Assembly (NCBI RefSeq): GCF_008065095.1
Contig: NZ_CP042911.1
Location: 7,860,001-7,892,000 of the forward strand
Source: Gemmata obscuriglobus
GTDB lineage: Bacteria; Planctomycetota; Planctomycetia; Gemmatales; Gemmataceae
Length of the DNA stretch: 32,000 nucleotides
Direction of reading: 5' to 3'
The notes under the pieces: model-generated
What the model was told of the DNA's origin: nothing
The model's input: only the letters and a program-made list of their open reading frames with translations
Databases searched by the model: none
Part shown: positions 18,420 to 27,686 of the stretch, one piece after another
Layout of the letters: every line of letters starts with the position of its first letter
Position numbering within the stretch: the stretch's first letter is position 1
Program-made: the position numbers and the translations under genes

Positions 18420-19487
18420 CTAACTTCTCCCCGCCAGCCGGGCCGCGATCCCGGCCGGCGTGTCACACTCGTCCACGGCCCCGAGCTGAACGGCCCGGAG
18501 CGGCATCCCGTACACGGCCGACGAGTCCTCGTCCTGGGCGAACGTGCGCCCGCCGCCGGCGCGGATGGCGGCCAGCCCCCGCGCCCCGTCCTCGCCCATG
18601 CCGGTCAGCAGCACGCCGGTGGCGCGGCCCCGGAACGCCCGGGCCGCGGACTCCATCGCCACGTCGATGGACGGCCGGTGCCCGCTCACCGCCGGGCCGC
18701 CGTTCAACCGCACGCGGCCGTCGGCGCCCAGCACCGCGTGGCGGTCCCCCGGGGCCACCAGCACCGTGCCGGGCTCGAGCGCCTCGCCGTCCCCCGCCTC
18801 GCGGACGGGGAGCCCGGTCTGCCGGGCCAGCAGCTCGGCCAGCGACCGCGTGAACCGGGCCGGCAGGTGCTGCACCAGCAGCACGCCGAAGGGGGGCGGG
18901 GCGGGGAGCCCGGCGAGCAGCTCGCGCACCGCCGGCGGCCCGCCGGTGGACGCCCCGATGACCAGCACCGCCGGGGCGGCCCGGTCCAGGGCGGCCCGGT
19001 CCGGGGCGGGGCGGGACCGGGGGGCCGCCGGCACACCGGGCGCCCCGCCCACGGCGGGGCGAGGCGGCAGGGACCGCACCGTTTTGACCCCCGCCGCGGT
19101 CCGCACCTTGGCGACCAGCGCCCGGGCGAACTCGGCCGGGTCCGTGTCGTGCCCCGGCGCGTACTTGGTGAGCACGTCCACCGCCCCCAGCGCCAGCCCC
19201 TCCACCGTCTGCCCCGCCGCCCCGCGGCTCAGCCCGGAGAGGAGAAGCACCGGGGTCGGGCGGGTGGCCATGAGCCGCTCCAGGGCCGCCAGCCCGCCCA
19301 TCCCGGGCATGTCCAGGTCGAGCGTCACCACGTGCGGGAGCAGGCCGGTGAGCCGCGCGAGGGCGGCCTCGCCGGAGTGCGCGAGCCCGGCCACCTCGAT
19401 CCCCGGGGCGGCCGCGAGGTACGCGGCCAGCGCCCGGCACACGGTGGGCGAGTCGTCCACGATCAGGACGCGGATGGGCGGTGCCAT
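18420..19487 (-). CDS. cheB: Chemotaxis response regulator protein-glutamate methylesterase
   Basis: REC domain (VLIVDDSPTV, TLDLDMPGMGG) plus esterase triad context: VIGASTGGPPAV (Ser), LLVQHLPARFT (His), LTGMGEDGARG (Asp). Confidence 0.93.
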   Translation of the reverse strand: MAPPIRVLIVDDSPTVCRALAAYLAAAPGIEVAGLAHSGEAALARLTGLLPHVVTLDLDMPGMGGLAALERLMATRPTPVLLLSGLSRGAAGQTVEGLALGAVDVLTKYAPGHDTDPAEFARALVAKVRTAAGVKTVRSLPPRPAVGGAPGVPAAPRSRPAPDRAALDRAAPAVLVIGASTGGPPAVRELLAGLPAPPPFGVLLVQHLPARFTRSLAELLARQTGLPVREAGDGEALEPGTVLVAPGDRHAVLGADGRVRLNGGPAVSGHRPSIDVAMESAARAFRGRATGVLLTGMGEDGARGLAAIRAGGGRTFAQDEDSSAVYGMPLRAVQLGAVDECDTPAGIAARLAGRS

Positions 19488-19494
19488 GGGTGAC

Positions 19495-22400
19495 TCACGG
19501 GCGGGCGCCGGGCGCGGCCGCGGAGCGGGACACCTGGCGCAGGATGTCGAGCAGGTTCTGGTCCTGGTACGGCTTGACCACGTACGCCGAGGCCCCGAGC
19601 GCCAGGGCCTTCCGCCGGTGCTTGTCCGCCGCCCGCGAGGTGAGCACGGCCACCGGCAGGCGCGCCAGGTGCGCGTCCGCCCGGACGGCGGCGAGCAGCT
19701 CGTACCCGTCCATCCGCGGCATCTCGACGTCCGTGAGAACCACGTCCGGCAGCGCCCCGCCGCGCTGGAGCAGCTCGAGCGCCTCGAGCCCGTCCTTGGC
19801 GACCGCCACCTGCCACCCGGCCCCGCCCAGCAGGCCCGACACCACCCGGCGGACGCTGGGGGAGTCGTCCACGACGAGCACCGTGAGGCCCGCCTTGCCG
19901 GGGGCCGCGGCCGGGGCCGGCCCGCCGGCCCCGCGGGCGGCCGGGGCCGCGCCCCCGCGGACCAGGTCGGCCGGGCTGAGGATGAGCACCACGCTCCCGT
20001 CCCCGAGCAGCGTCGCCCCGGACACCCCGGGCAGCCGCCGGAGCTGCTGGCCGAGCGACTTCACCACCACCTCCCGGCCGCCGACGAGCTGGTCCACCGC
20101 CAGGGCGGCGCGCCGGCCGGCCACGTTCAGCACGACCACCGGGGACCGGGGCGCCGCCTCCTCGTCCGCCCCGCGCAGCCCGAGCGCGCGCGCCAGCGGG
20201 ACCAGCGGGACCACCGCGGCCCCCAGCCGCAGCACCGGCGCCCGGCCCACCCGGTCCACGTCCTCGTCCCGGGCCCGCATGATGTGCTCGACCGCCTCCA
20301 GCGGGAGGGCGTACGTCTGGCCGGCCGCCCGGACCAGCAACCCCCGGATCACCGCCAGGGTCATCGGGATGCGGATGGTGAACGTGGTGCCCCGGCCGAA
20401 CGCGGAGGCCACCGCGACCGTCCCCTTCAGCGCCTCCACCTTGGTCTTCACCACGTCCAGCCCGACGCCGCGCCCGGACAGCTCGGACACCTCCTCGCGG
20501 GTGCTGAACCCGGGCCGGAACAGGTACTCGGGGAGCTGCTCCTCGGTCAGCGCGGCGGCCTCCTCGGCGGTGACCAGCTCGCGCCGCACCAGCGCCTCGC
20601 GCACCCGCTCGAAGTCGATCCCGCGGCCGTCGTCGGCGACCGTGAGGGCCACGTTGTTGCCCTCGTGCGCGGCCCGCAGGGTGATCCGCCCGGCGGCCGG
20701 CTTGCCCAGCGCCAGCCGCACCTCGGCGGGCTCCAGCCCGTGGTCCACCGCGTTGCGGAGCAGGTGCATCAGCGGGTCGGCCAGCGCCTCCAGCACCGTC
20801 TTGTCCAGCCCCGTCCGCTCCCCCTCCAGCACCAGCTCGGCCGGCTTGTTGGCGGTGCGGGCGGCGGTGCGGACGGCGCGGTGCAGCTTGGCCGCGGCGG
20901 TGGCCAGGGGCACCATCCGGAGCCGCATCAGCTTGTCCTCGGTCTCGCTCGTCAGCCGCGCCTGGCGGGTGAGCTGGCCGTCGAACTCGGACAGCAGGTG
21001 CCCGAATTCGCCGAACACGGTCTGCACGTCGGTGCTGGTTTCGGCCAGCTCGCGGGTGAGCAGGTGGAACTCGGTGTACCGGTCGAGCTCCAGCGCGTCG
21101 AACCCGTCGCCGTCGCCGTACCCGTCGCCGTACCCGCCGCCCCCGCCCGCGCGGCTGCCGGCCAGCGCGCTGGCCTCGTACCCGATGCTGAGCCGGTCGG
21201 TGACGCGCCCCAGCCGGGCGGTGGCGGGCCGGGCCTCGCCCAGCAGGCGGGCGAACTCGGTCACCCGCTGCTCGAGGGCCGTGCGGGTGATCACCAGCTC
21301 GCCGATCAGCTTGGCCAGCTCGTCGAGCCGCCGGATCGGGACCCGGACGTACGCCTCGGCGGCCTCGCGCGCCTCCTGGGCCGCGACCGCCGGCTCCGGC
21401 TCCGGCTCCGGCTCGGCGGCCTCCGCGTCGGCGGCGGGCGCCGGCGCGGCCGGCGGGGGCGCGGCGGCGCCCAGGGCCGCCGTCAGCCGGGCGTGAAGGT
21501 CGGCGAACCCGCTCGGGGCGCCCGCCCCTTCGACCGACTCGGCGATCAGGTCCGCGCCGGCGATCAGCAGCTCGACCTCCCCGGCGGTGGCGACCCGCGC
21601 GCCTTCGTAGTACAGGTCGAGCAGGTCCTCCATGCGGTGCGCGAGCTGGGTCACCTGGTGCAGCCCGACCAGCCCGGCGGTGCCCTTGAGGCTGTGGGCG
21701 GCCCGGCGGATCGCCTGCCACCGCTCGCCGTCGGCCGGGTCCTCGCGCGCCTCGGGGAGCAGCGTCACCAGCGTCCGGATGTGGTCCTCGGACTCGGCCC
21801 GGAACACCGCCATCAGCTCGGGCGTGATGCCGGCGCGGCCGGCGCCGCGCGGCTCGGGGGCGGGGGCCGGCTTGACGACCGGGGCCGCCGCACCGAAGTC
21901 CGGCGGGGCCAGGTCCGCGCCGGGCCCCAAGGCCGCGAAGTCCGGCGGGGCCAGATCGGCGCCCGCGGGCGGTGCCCCGAAGTCCGGCACGTCCGGAGCC
22001 GGCCCGGGTGCGGTCTCAAAGTCCGGCGGGTCAAGGGCGCCCTCCGCCCACGGGGGGGCGGCGCCCGGTCCGGCCGGCGCGCCCTCCGGGGGGACGGCCG
22101 GGCGGTCCGGGCCGCGGCCCTCGTCCCCGGTGCGGCCGTCCGCGGCCGGCGCGGCGGGCGGCGGGGCCGGCGGGCCGGACCGGGTCCGCGACCGCAACTG
22201 CTGCGCGTGGCCCAGCGCGGCCGCGGCCAGTTCCGGCTGCCGGTCCGCCCCGCCCCGCGCCCCGGCGAGGTACGCTTCGATGTGGGCGATGCTGCCCTCG
22301 ATCCCGTCCAGCAGCTCCGGCGTGGCCTCGTCCGGCTCGTGCATCAGCAGCTCGACCACCTCCTCCAGCGCGAAGGCGAAGTGGCTCAGCTCGGCCAGGC

Positions 22401-22572
22401 CCACCATCGACGACGCGCCCTTGATGATGTGGACGCACCGGTACGCCTCGTGCAGCACCTCCGGGTCGCCCGGGCCGGCGCGCAGCGTCGCCACGCCGGC
22501 CCGGATGGCCGGCAGGTAGCCGGCCGCCTCGGCGACAAACCCCAGGATCAGCTCGCGGTTCAGTTGCGACAT
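19495..22572 (-). CDS. cheA: Hybrid CheA histidine kinase: Hpt-Hpt-dimerisation-HATPase-CheW-REC (ChpA-like)
   Basis: Hpt1 AYRCVHIIKGASSMVG. Hpt2 RRAAHSLKGTAGLVG. Dimerisation region VRVPIRRLDELAKLIGELVITR. N box HLLRNAVDHG. G1 ADDGRGID. G2 GRGVGLDVV. CheW-like domain LLVRAAGQTYALPLEAVEHI. C-terminal REC (VLVVDDSPSV, LTDVEMPRMDG, YVVKPY). Confidence 0.93.
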   Translation of the reverse strand: MSQLNRELILGFVAEAAGYLPAIRAGVATLRAGPGDPEVLHEAYRCVHIIKGASSMVGLAELSHFAFALEEVVELLMHEPDEATPELLDGIEGSIAHIEAYLAGARGGADRQPELAAAALGHAQQLRSRTRSGPPAPPPAAPAADGRTGDEGRGPDRPAVPPEGAPAGPGAAPPWAEGALDPPDFETAPGPAPDVPDFGAPPAGADLAPPDFAALGPGADLAPPDFGAAAPVVKPAPAPEPRGAGRAGITPELMAVFRAESEDHIRTLVTLLPEAREDPADGERWQAIRRAAHSLKGTAGLVGLHQVTQLAHRMEDLLDLYYEGARVATAGEVELLIAGADLIAESVEGAGAPSGFADLHARLTAALGAAAPPPAAPAPAADAEAAEPEPEPEPAVAAQEAREAAEAYVRVPIRRLDELAKLIGELVITRTALEQRVTEFARLLGEARPATARLGRVTDRLSIGYEASALAGSRAGGGGGYGDGYGDGDGFDALELDRYTEFHLLTRELAETSTDVQTVFGEFGHLLSEFDGQLTRQARLTSETEDKLMRLRMVPLATAAAKLHRAVRTAARTANKPAELVLEGERTGLDKTVLEALADPLMHLLRNAVDHGLEPAEVRLALGKPAAGRITLRAAHEGNNVALTVADDGRGIDFERVREALVRRELVTAEEAAALTEEQLPEYLFRPGFSTREEVSELSGRGVGLDVVKTKVEALKGTVAVASAFGRGTTFTIRIPMTLAVIRGLLVRAAGQTYALPLEAVEHIMRARDEDVDRVGRAPVLRLGAAVVPLVPLARALGLRGADEEAAPRSPVVVLNVAGRRAALAVDQLVGGREVVVKSLGQQLRRLPGVSGATLLGDGSVVLILSPADLVRGGAAPAARGAGGPAPAAAPGKAGLTVLVVDDSPSVRRVVSGLLGGAGWQVAVAKDGLEALELLQRGGALPDVVLTDVEMPRMDGYELLAAVRADAHLARLPVAVLTSRAADKHRRKALALGASAYVVKPYQDQNLLDILRQVSRSAAAPGARP

Positions 22573-22591
22573 CGCCCGTCTCTGTGTGTGC

Positions 22592-23416
22592 TCACGCGGT
22601 TCGGCGGTACAGCCAGGCGTCCGGCAGGCGGACCAGCTCCAGCCCCGGGGTGTCGAGCCCCAGCGCCTCGGCCGGCCCGAGCACCAAACAGCCCCCCGGG
22701 GCCAGGGCCGCGGTGAGGCGCCGCAGGATCTCGCCCCGCGCCTCGGGGCGGTAGTAGATCAACACGTTTTGGCAGAAGATCACGTCTTGGGGCGGCCGCG
22801 CCGGGCCGCCCCCGAGCAGGTCGCACGGCTCGAACCGGGTGACCGCCCGGAGGTCCGGCCCCACCCGGTACCCGGCCGGGGCCGCCTCGAAGAACCGGCG
22901 CAGCACCCCCGGGGGCACCGCCGCCAGCTCGTGCGCCCGGTAGCACCCGGCGCGGGCGCGCTCCAGCGCCGCGGGGCTCCGGTCCGTGCCCACCACCTCC
23001 ACCTGCCACCCGGCCAGCCCGGGGTCCGACAGGCAGGCGATCCCCAGCGAGTACGCCTCCGGGCCGGTCGAGCACCCGGCGCTCCACAGCGCGACCCGCG
23101 CGCCCCCCTCCCGCCGCCGCCGCTCGCGGGCCGCCGGCAGGGCGAACCCGGTGAGGGCCGCGAACGCGGCCGGGTCGCGGAAGAACCGGGTGTCCCCGTT
23201 CAGCAGCCCGTCGAGCAGCCGGTCCCACTCGGGGGCCGCCGGGCACGCCGCCAGGTGGCGCGCGTACTCGGCGGGCGCCGCGAACCCGCACGCCCGGGCC
23301 CGGGCGGCCGCCACCTCGCCCAGGACCCGGGCCCGCGCGCCGCCCAGGGACATCCCGGAGCGCTCCTCGACCGACTCGCGCCACCGGGCGAACTCCGCGT
23401 CGGTCAGCTCGACCAT
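22592..23416 (-). CDS. cheR: Chemotaxis protein methyltransferase
   Basis: Motifs FFRDPAAF, SAM-binding LWSAGCSTGPEAYSLG, and VIFCQNVLIYY. GGAGGG lies before the ATG. Confidence 0.92.
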   Translation of the reverse strand: MVELTDAEFARWRESVEERSGMSLGGARARVLGEVAAARARACGFAAPAEYARHLAACPAAPEWDRLLDGLLNGDTRFFRDPAAFAALTGFALPAARERRRREGGARVALWSAGCSTGPEAYSLGIACLSDPGLAGWQVEVVGTDRSPAALERARAGCYRAHELAAVPPGVLRRFFEAAPAGYRVGPDLRAVTRFEPCDLLGGGPARPPQDVIFCQNVLIYYRPEARGEILRRLTAALAPGGCLVLGPAEALGLDTPGLELVRLPDAWLYRRTA

Positions 23417-23437
23417 GACGCCCTCCGGGCGCGGCGG

Positions 23438-25744
23438 TTACGCGAGTTGCTTCTTCCGGGTCCCGTTCTTGCCCGCCGGGGCGGCCGGCTCGGCCTGCAC
23501 CATCATGTGCGCGGGGAGCCGGAACGCGCTGAGCGAGCCGCGCAGGTCGTCGGCCAGCCGGGCCAGCTCGTTCACCGCCTCCGCCGTCTGCTTGGTCCCG
23601 GCCGCCGTGCTCTGGGTGATCTGGCTGACGTCGGACATGGACCGGGCCAGCGACTCGGACCCGCGGGCCTGCTGCTTGGACGCCAGCGAGATGGACTGGA
23701 TCAGGTCGGCCAGTTTGGCCGCCACGTCCTCGATCTCGCCCAGCGACTGGCCGGCCTGGTTGGCCACCTTGGACCCGCCGACCACCTCCTGGATGCTCCG
23801 CTCCATCGCGGCCACGGCCTCGTTCGTTTCGCCCTGGATCGCCCGCACCAGCACGCTGATCTTCTTCGTCGCCTCGGTGGACCGCACGGCCAGCCGCTCG
23901 ACCTCCTCGGCGACCACCGCGAACCCGCGGCCCGCGTCGCCCGCCGCGGCGGCCTGGATCGACGCGTTCAGGGCCAGGATGCTGGTCCGGTCGGCGATGT
24001 CGTCGATGAGCTGGACGATCTGGCCGATCTCCTGCGAGGTCTCGCCCAGCCGCTTGATCCGCTTGGCCGTCTCCTGGGCCTGCTCGCGGATCCGGTTCAT
24101 GCTGTCGATGGTGTTGCGCACGGCGGTGTTGCCCTGCTTGGCGTTCTGGAGCGCCTGCTGGGCGACCGTGGTGGAGACGGCCGCGTTGTCGGACACCTGC
24201 TGGATGCTGGTGGCCATCTCGTCGATGGCCGCGGACATGTTCACGATCTGCTCGGCCTGGGTCTCGGACCCGCCGGCCAGGTGCTCGGCCGACGAGTGGA
24301 TCTCGGTCGCGGCGCTGGACACGTGGCGCGTGGCCGACTGCACCCGGCTGATGATCTTGCGGAGCTCCTCGACCGTGTAGTTGAACGAGTCGGCGATGGC
24401 CCCGGTGATGTCGGCGGACACCTCGACGTCCTTGGTCAGGTCGCCGGTGCCCACCCCGCTCACCTCGTCCAGCAGCTTCATGATGGACCGCTGGATCTCC
24501 TCCTTCTCGCCCCGCGACTGGATCAGCACCAGCGTGTTGTCGAGCATCTTGTTGAGCGAGCCGGCCATCGCCCCGAGCTCGTCCTCGGACGCGACCGCGA
24601 CGCGGGTCGTGTAGTCGCCCGCCTCGATCTTCGCGAACGTGGCGCTCAGCCCGTCGACCTGCCGGGTGATGCTGCGGGTCACGACGAGCACCACGACGCC
24701 CACGACCATGAGCCCGACCGCGATCCCGGCGATCGAGGTCCAGTTGGTGTACCGGTCCCGCGACACCCGCTCGGTCAGCAGTTCGACCAGGAGCGGATCG
24801 ATGGCGTCGAACAGCTTGTACGCGGCGGCGGCGGCGGCGTTCGCCTTGTCGTAGTACACGCCCTGCGACTGCTTCACGGTGTCCGCGCCGAGCAGCTCCT
24901 CGCGGACCAGAGCGACGTACGCGTCCACCTGCCGGGTGTGCTCGTCGAACGCGGGCCGGAGGGCGGCCGCCAGCCTCGGGTTGTACCGGACCGCGCTGTC
25001 GATCTGGCGGCGGATGTCGCTCCGGGCGTCGTCGATCTGGCTGAGCAGCACGGCCAGATAAATTCGCTCGTCGAGGGTCAGCGTGTTCTTCAGGTCGTTG
25101 TTGTTCGCTTGCGCGCGCAGGAGCACGGCGTTGGCCTTGCCGCGGATCTGGCTGATCGCGTCCGCCTCCGTGAGCGCCTGCTGCGTGAGGATGCTCTGCA
25201 GGTAGTAGGCGTCCACCTGAGAATCGAGGGCAAGGCCGGCGAGTTCGGCGATGTCCCGGCTCAGCTCGAACACCTTGGCGATCAGCGCGTTGTGCCGCTG
25301 GAAGCTGACCGCGTCCTCACCCACCTGGTAGCCGGCAACGGCGGCCCTCAGTGCGCCCCACTCGTCACGAACGGCGGCCACCCGCCCGGCCAACTTGAAC
25401 TCGTCCTTATCGGCAGCCAGGGCCGCGTCGAGTTCGTTGAGGCTTGCGTCAACGTCGGCCGCCGCCCGGTTCCGCTCGGCGGTCCGCTCGGCGGCCCCGT
25501 TGAGAATCTCGCGCGTGTTCGCCCGGTGCTGGGTGAGCTGCCGGCTCAACTGTTTGATCGGCCGGAGCATCTCCAGGGCCCGCAGCTCCCGCTTGGTGTT
25601 GTCGATCGCGTCGTTGCTCTTGCGGACCACGACCGAGGTGAGGAACACGATCGGGAACAAGAACGGGACGGCGATGAGGGCGCACTTCTGCCAGACCTTG
25701 AGGCGCCGGAAGCTCACCAGTTGGGGCAGTCGGATCTTGGCCAT
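23438..25744 (-). CDS. Methyl-accepting chemotaxis protein with a large helical periplasmic sensor (PilJ position)
   Basis: TM1 [19 protein letters not shown]. About 290-aa helical ectodomain. TM2 [23 protein letters not shown] domain ([24 protein letters not shown]). Conserved signalling tip [43 protein letters not shown]. Confidence 0.93.
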   Translation of the reverse strand: MAKIRLPQLVSFRRLKVWQKCALIAVPFLFPIVFLTSVVVRKSNDAIDNTKRELRALEMLRPIKQLSRQLTQHRANTREILNGAAERTAERNRAAADVDASLNELDAALAADKDEFKLAGRVAAVRDEWGALRAAVAGYQVGEDAVSFQRHNALIAKVFELSRDIAELAGLALDSQVDAYYLQSILTQQALTEADAISQIRGKANAVLLRAQANNNDLKNTLTLDERIYLAVLLSQIDDARSDIRRQIDSAVRYNPRLAAALRPAFDEHTRQVDAYVALVREELLGADTVKQSQGVYYDKANAAAAAAYKLFDAIDPLLVELLTERVSRDRYTNWTSIAGIAVGLMVVGVVVLVVTRSITRQVDGLSATFAKIEAGDYTTRVAVASEDELGAMAGSLNKMLDNTLVLIQSRGEKEEIQRSIMKLLDEVSGVGTGDLTKDVEVSADITGAIADSFNYTVEELRKIISRVQSATRHVSSAATEIHSSAEHLAGGSETQAEQIVNMSAAIDEMATSIQQVSDNAAVSTTVAQQALQNAKQGNTAVRNTIDSMNRIREQAQETAKRIKRLGETSQEIGQIVQLIDDIADRTSILALNASIQAAAAGDAGRGFAVVAEEVERLAVRSTEATKKISVLVRAIQGETNEAVAAMERSIQEVVGGSKVANQAGQSLGEIEDVAAKLADLIQSISLASKQQARGSESLARSMSDVSQITQSTAAGTKQTAEAVNELARLADDLRGSLSAFRLPAHMMVQAEPAAPAGKNGTRKKQLA

Positions 25745-25832
25745 CGGTCGTCACCTCGAATGGGTTGCGGCGGGCGGGGGTGGCCCCAGGCGCCCGGGCT
25801 CGGAAGTAGTTCGTGTGGTTCGGGGGCGCCGG

Positions 25833-27617
25833 TCAGGCGGGCGCGGTCGTGTCGGCTTCCGCGGCGGCCAGCAGCTCCGCCGGCGCGAGGCGGTGGACCA
25901 GGCCGCCCGGGTCGACCGTGACGCCGGTCAGGAACCGCGCGAGGTGCGCGTCGGCTGGCGCGGCCGGCGCCGCGGCGTCCAGCGCCCGGATGCCGGCGAC
26001 CTCGTCCACCAGGAGGCCCAGCGGGCTGTCCCCGGCAGCGCCGTGCATCACGACCAGCCGGGCCGCGGTGCCCGCCGCGGGCAGGCCGAGCAGGCCGGCC
26101 AGGTCCGCCACGGTCACCACGTCCCCGCGGACGTTCGCGACCCCGGCGACCCACCCGGGCACCCCCGGGAGCGGGGTGAGCGGGAGCCGCTGGCGGACCT
26201 CGCGGACGCTCTCGATCGGCAGGGCGAGCGTGCGGCCGGCGGCCCGGACGACCAGGTGCCGGTCCCGGCCGGTGCGGCGGGCCGGCGCGGCCTCGGCGGC
26301 GCCGAAGCCGGCGCCCGGGGCGAGCGGGGCGGGGGCCAGCCCGGCGAGCAGCTCGGCCAGGGACGCCCCGGCCGCCGACCGGTTCACCTCGCAGGCGAGC
26401 GCGCGCTCGGCGGCGGCGGCGGGCGCGCCGGGAGCCGTGACCGCCGCCGTGAGCCGCAGCCGCCCGGGCGCGAACCCGGCCAGCCGGGCGGTCTGGCGCC
26501 ACGATCCGCCGGGCGGCAGGTCCGCGGCCGGCCACTCGACCCGGTCGCCGGCGATCGAGAGGGTGCCGCCGGCCGAGGCCGAGCGGAACAGCAGTTCGTC
26601 GGGCACCGAGAGGGTCACGCGCGCGCCGGCGGCGGGCGCGGCCCCGCGGTTCGTGACCAGCACCTCGAAGGTCGCCTCGTCGTCGGTCGCGATCCGGTCG
26701 GGGGCGCCGAGTTCGACCGCCAGTTCGACCGGCGGCGGCGCGACCTCAATGACCGCCCGGCCCGCGGGGCCGTCCGCGGCGGCCGCCTCCACCGCCCACC
26801 GGACCGGGTGCCCCGCCGCGGTCAGCAGCAGCTCGGCCGCCCGGGACTCGCCGGCGGCCAGCGGCGGCAGGGCGACTTCTGCGACGCACGGGCCGCCCGG
26901 CCCGTCGGGGCGTGCCCCCACCCGGACCTCGCCGCACGGGGCGGCGCCGGTGTTGGTCACGGTGAGCGGGAGCGCCGGGCGGCCGGCGGGGTCGAACGCG
27001 ACCGGGCCGCAGGACAGGGCGAGGGCAGGCGCCGGGACCGGGCGGAACGCGACCAGCGCGGTCCGCGGGGCCGCGACGAGCGGGGCCGTTTCGGGGGTGA
27101 TCGGGAACCGCACCGCGAGGGTGACGGCGGCGCCGGGCCGGAGCGCGCCCAGCTCCCAAACGAGCCCGGCGGCGGTGCGGCGCGACGGGCGCGTGGCCTG
27201 GACCCGCGGGACGCCCCGCGGCAGCGGGAACTCGACCCGGCACTCGTGGGCGACCGGGCCGGCGGGGGCCGTGACGGCGAACCGGTACAGCGCGTCGCCC
27301 GGCGGGTCCGTCGGGGCGTGTTGCACCGCGAGCGGGGAGACCGCCCAGTCGCGCGGCGCGGGGTCGCGCGGCGGCGGGGTCCGCACCGGCTGCGGCGTTT
27401 CGGTCAGGGCGGTGGGCGGCGCCGGCGGCTCGCCCGCGGTCGCCCCCGCGGGAGCGGCGGGCGGCGGGACCGGTTGCGGGCCGGGGTCCGCCGCGCCCGA
27501 CGGCGCGGCACCGGGATCGGTGGGATCGGACGGCAGGCCCGGCAGCGGCAGGCCCGCGAACAGCGGGAGGTCCGCGCCGGGGGCGGTCAGCCAATCCGGG
27601 AGATCGTTCGGCGTCAC
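25833..27617 (-). CDS. cheW: CheW-domain protein with about 450-aa N-terminal proline-rich and DUF11/CARDB-like repeat extension (PilI position)
   Basis: C-terminal residues about 452-590 form a CheW fold (HLVVRAAGRTLALPIESVREV..VAGVANVRGDVVTVADL..LGLLVDEVAGIR). Residues about 100-410 contain three Ig-like repeat candidates; the clearest is VELAVELGAPDRIATDDEATFEVLVTNRGAAPAAGARVTLSVPDELLF..GDRVEWPAADLPPGGSWRQTARL. GTG start. No signal peptide or TM helix is visible. Confidence 0.85.
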   Translation of the reverse strand: MTPNDLPDWLTAPGADLPLFAGLPLPGLPSDPTDPGAAPSGAADPGPQPVPPPAAPAGATAGEPPAPPTALTETPQPVRTPPPRDPAPRDWAVSPLAVQHAPTDPPGDALYRFAVTAPAGPVAHECRVEFPLPRGVPRVQATRPSRRTAAGLVWELGALRPGAAVTLAVRFPITPETAPLVAAPRTALVAFRPVPAPALALSCGPVAFDPAGRPALPLTVTNTGAAPCGEVRVGARPDGPGGPCVAEVALPPLAAGESRAAELLLTAAGHPVRWAVEAAAADGPAGRAVIEVAPPPVELAVELGAPDRIATDDEATFEVLVTNRGAAPAAGARVTLSVPDELLFRSASAGGTLSIAGDRVEWPAADLPPGGSWRQTARLAGFAPGRLRLTAAVTAPGAPAAAAERALACEVNRSAAGASLAELLAGLAPAPLAPGAGFGAAEAAPARRTGRDRHLVVRAAGRTLALPIESVREVRQRLPLTPLPGVPGWVAGVANVRGDVVTVADLAGLLGLPAAGTAARLVVMHGAAGDSPLGLLVDEVAGIRALDAAAPAAPADAHLARFLTGVTVDPGGLVHRLAPAELLAAAEADTTAPA

Positions 27618-27656
27618 GTGCGGCCCCGAGGGTTCGGCGGAAGGGTGCCCGGCCCC

Positions 27657-27686
27657 TTGATAATTATCGAATAGTAATTTTAAAAA
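27657..27686 (-). promoter_or_regulatory. AT-rich (4/30 G+C) intercistronic spacer with the perfect palindrome GATAATTATC; possible internal promoter or operator
   Basis: TTGATAATTATCGAATAGTAATTTTAAAAA lies directly between the cheY-like stop (27687-27689) and the GC-rich leader of the CheW-fusion gene. The palindrome is at 27659-27668. Confidence 0.3.

Noticed and set aside
19463-21721. 752-aa minus-strand ORF overlapping cheA in another frame
   Set aside because: Arg/Gly/Pro-rich alternate frame of the kinase gene. The cheA frame contains Hpt, N, G1, G2, CheW and REC motifs.
21890-22035. Tandem 42-bp repeats considered as a CRISPR array or non-coding minisatellite
   Set aside because: The repeats are contiguous with no unique spacers, are in frame inside cheA, and encode a repeated peptide motif. 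They are reported as a protein-level repeat instead.
27659-27668. GATAATTATC read as a Fur box, given the Fur-family gene in the window
   Set aside because: It shares only the GATAAT/ATTATC half-sites. It lacks the 19-bp (7-1-7 / hexamer-repeat) organisation of the Fur consensus. It is kept only as a generic palindrome.
17358-27674. Giant plus-strand ORFs 17358-19493, 18544-22716 (1390 aa), 22586-25921 (1111 aa) and 25395-27674 (759 aa). Similar shadows occur elsewhere at 11119-13434 (+), 7836-9110 (-) and 13442-14383 (-)
   Set aside because: Low-complexity Arg/Gly/Pro/Asp composition with no recognisable domains. Each lies antisense to a gene with clear family motifs (Che proteins, DUF1592, prenyltransferase-repeat protein, transposase).
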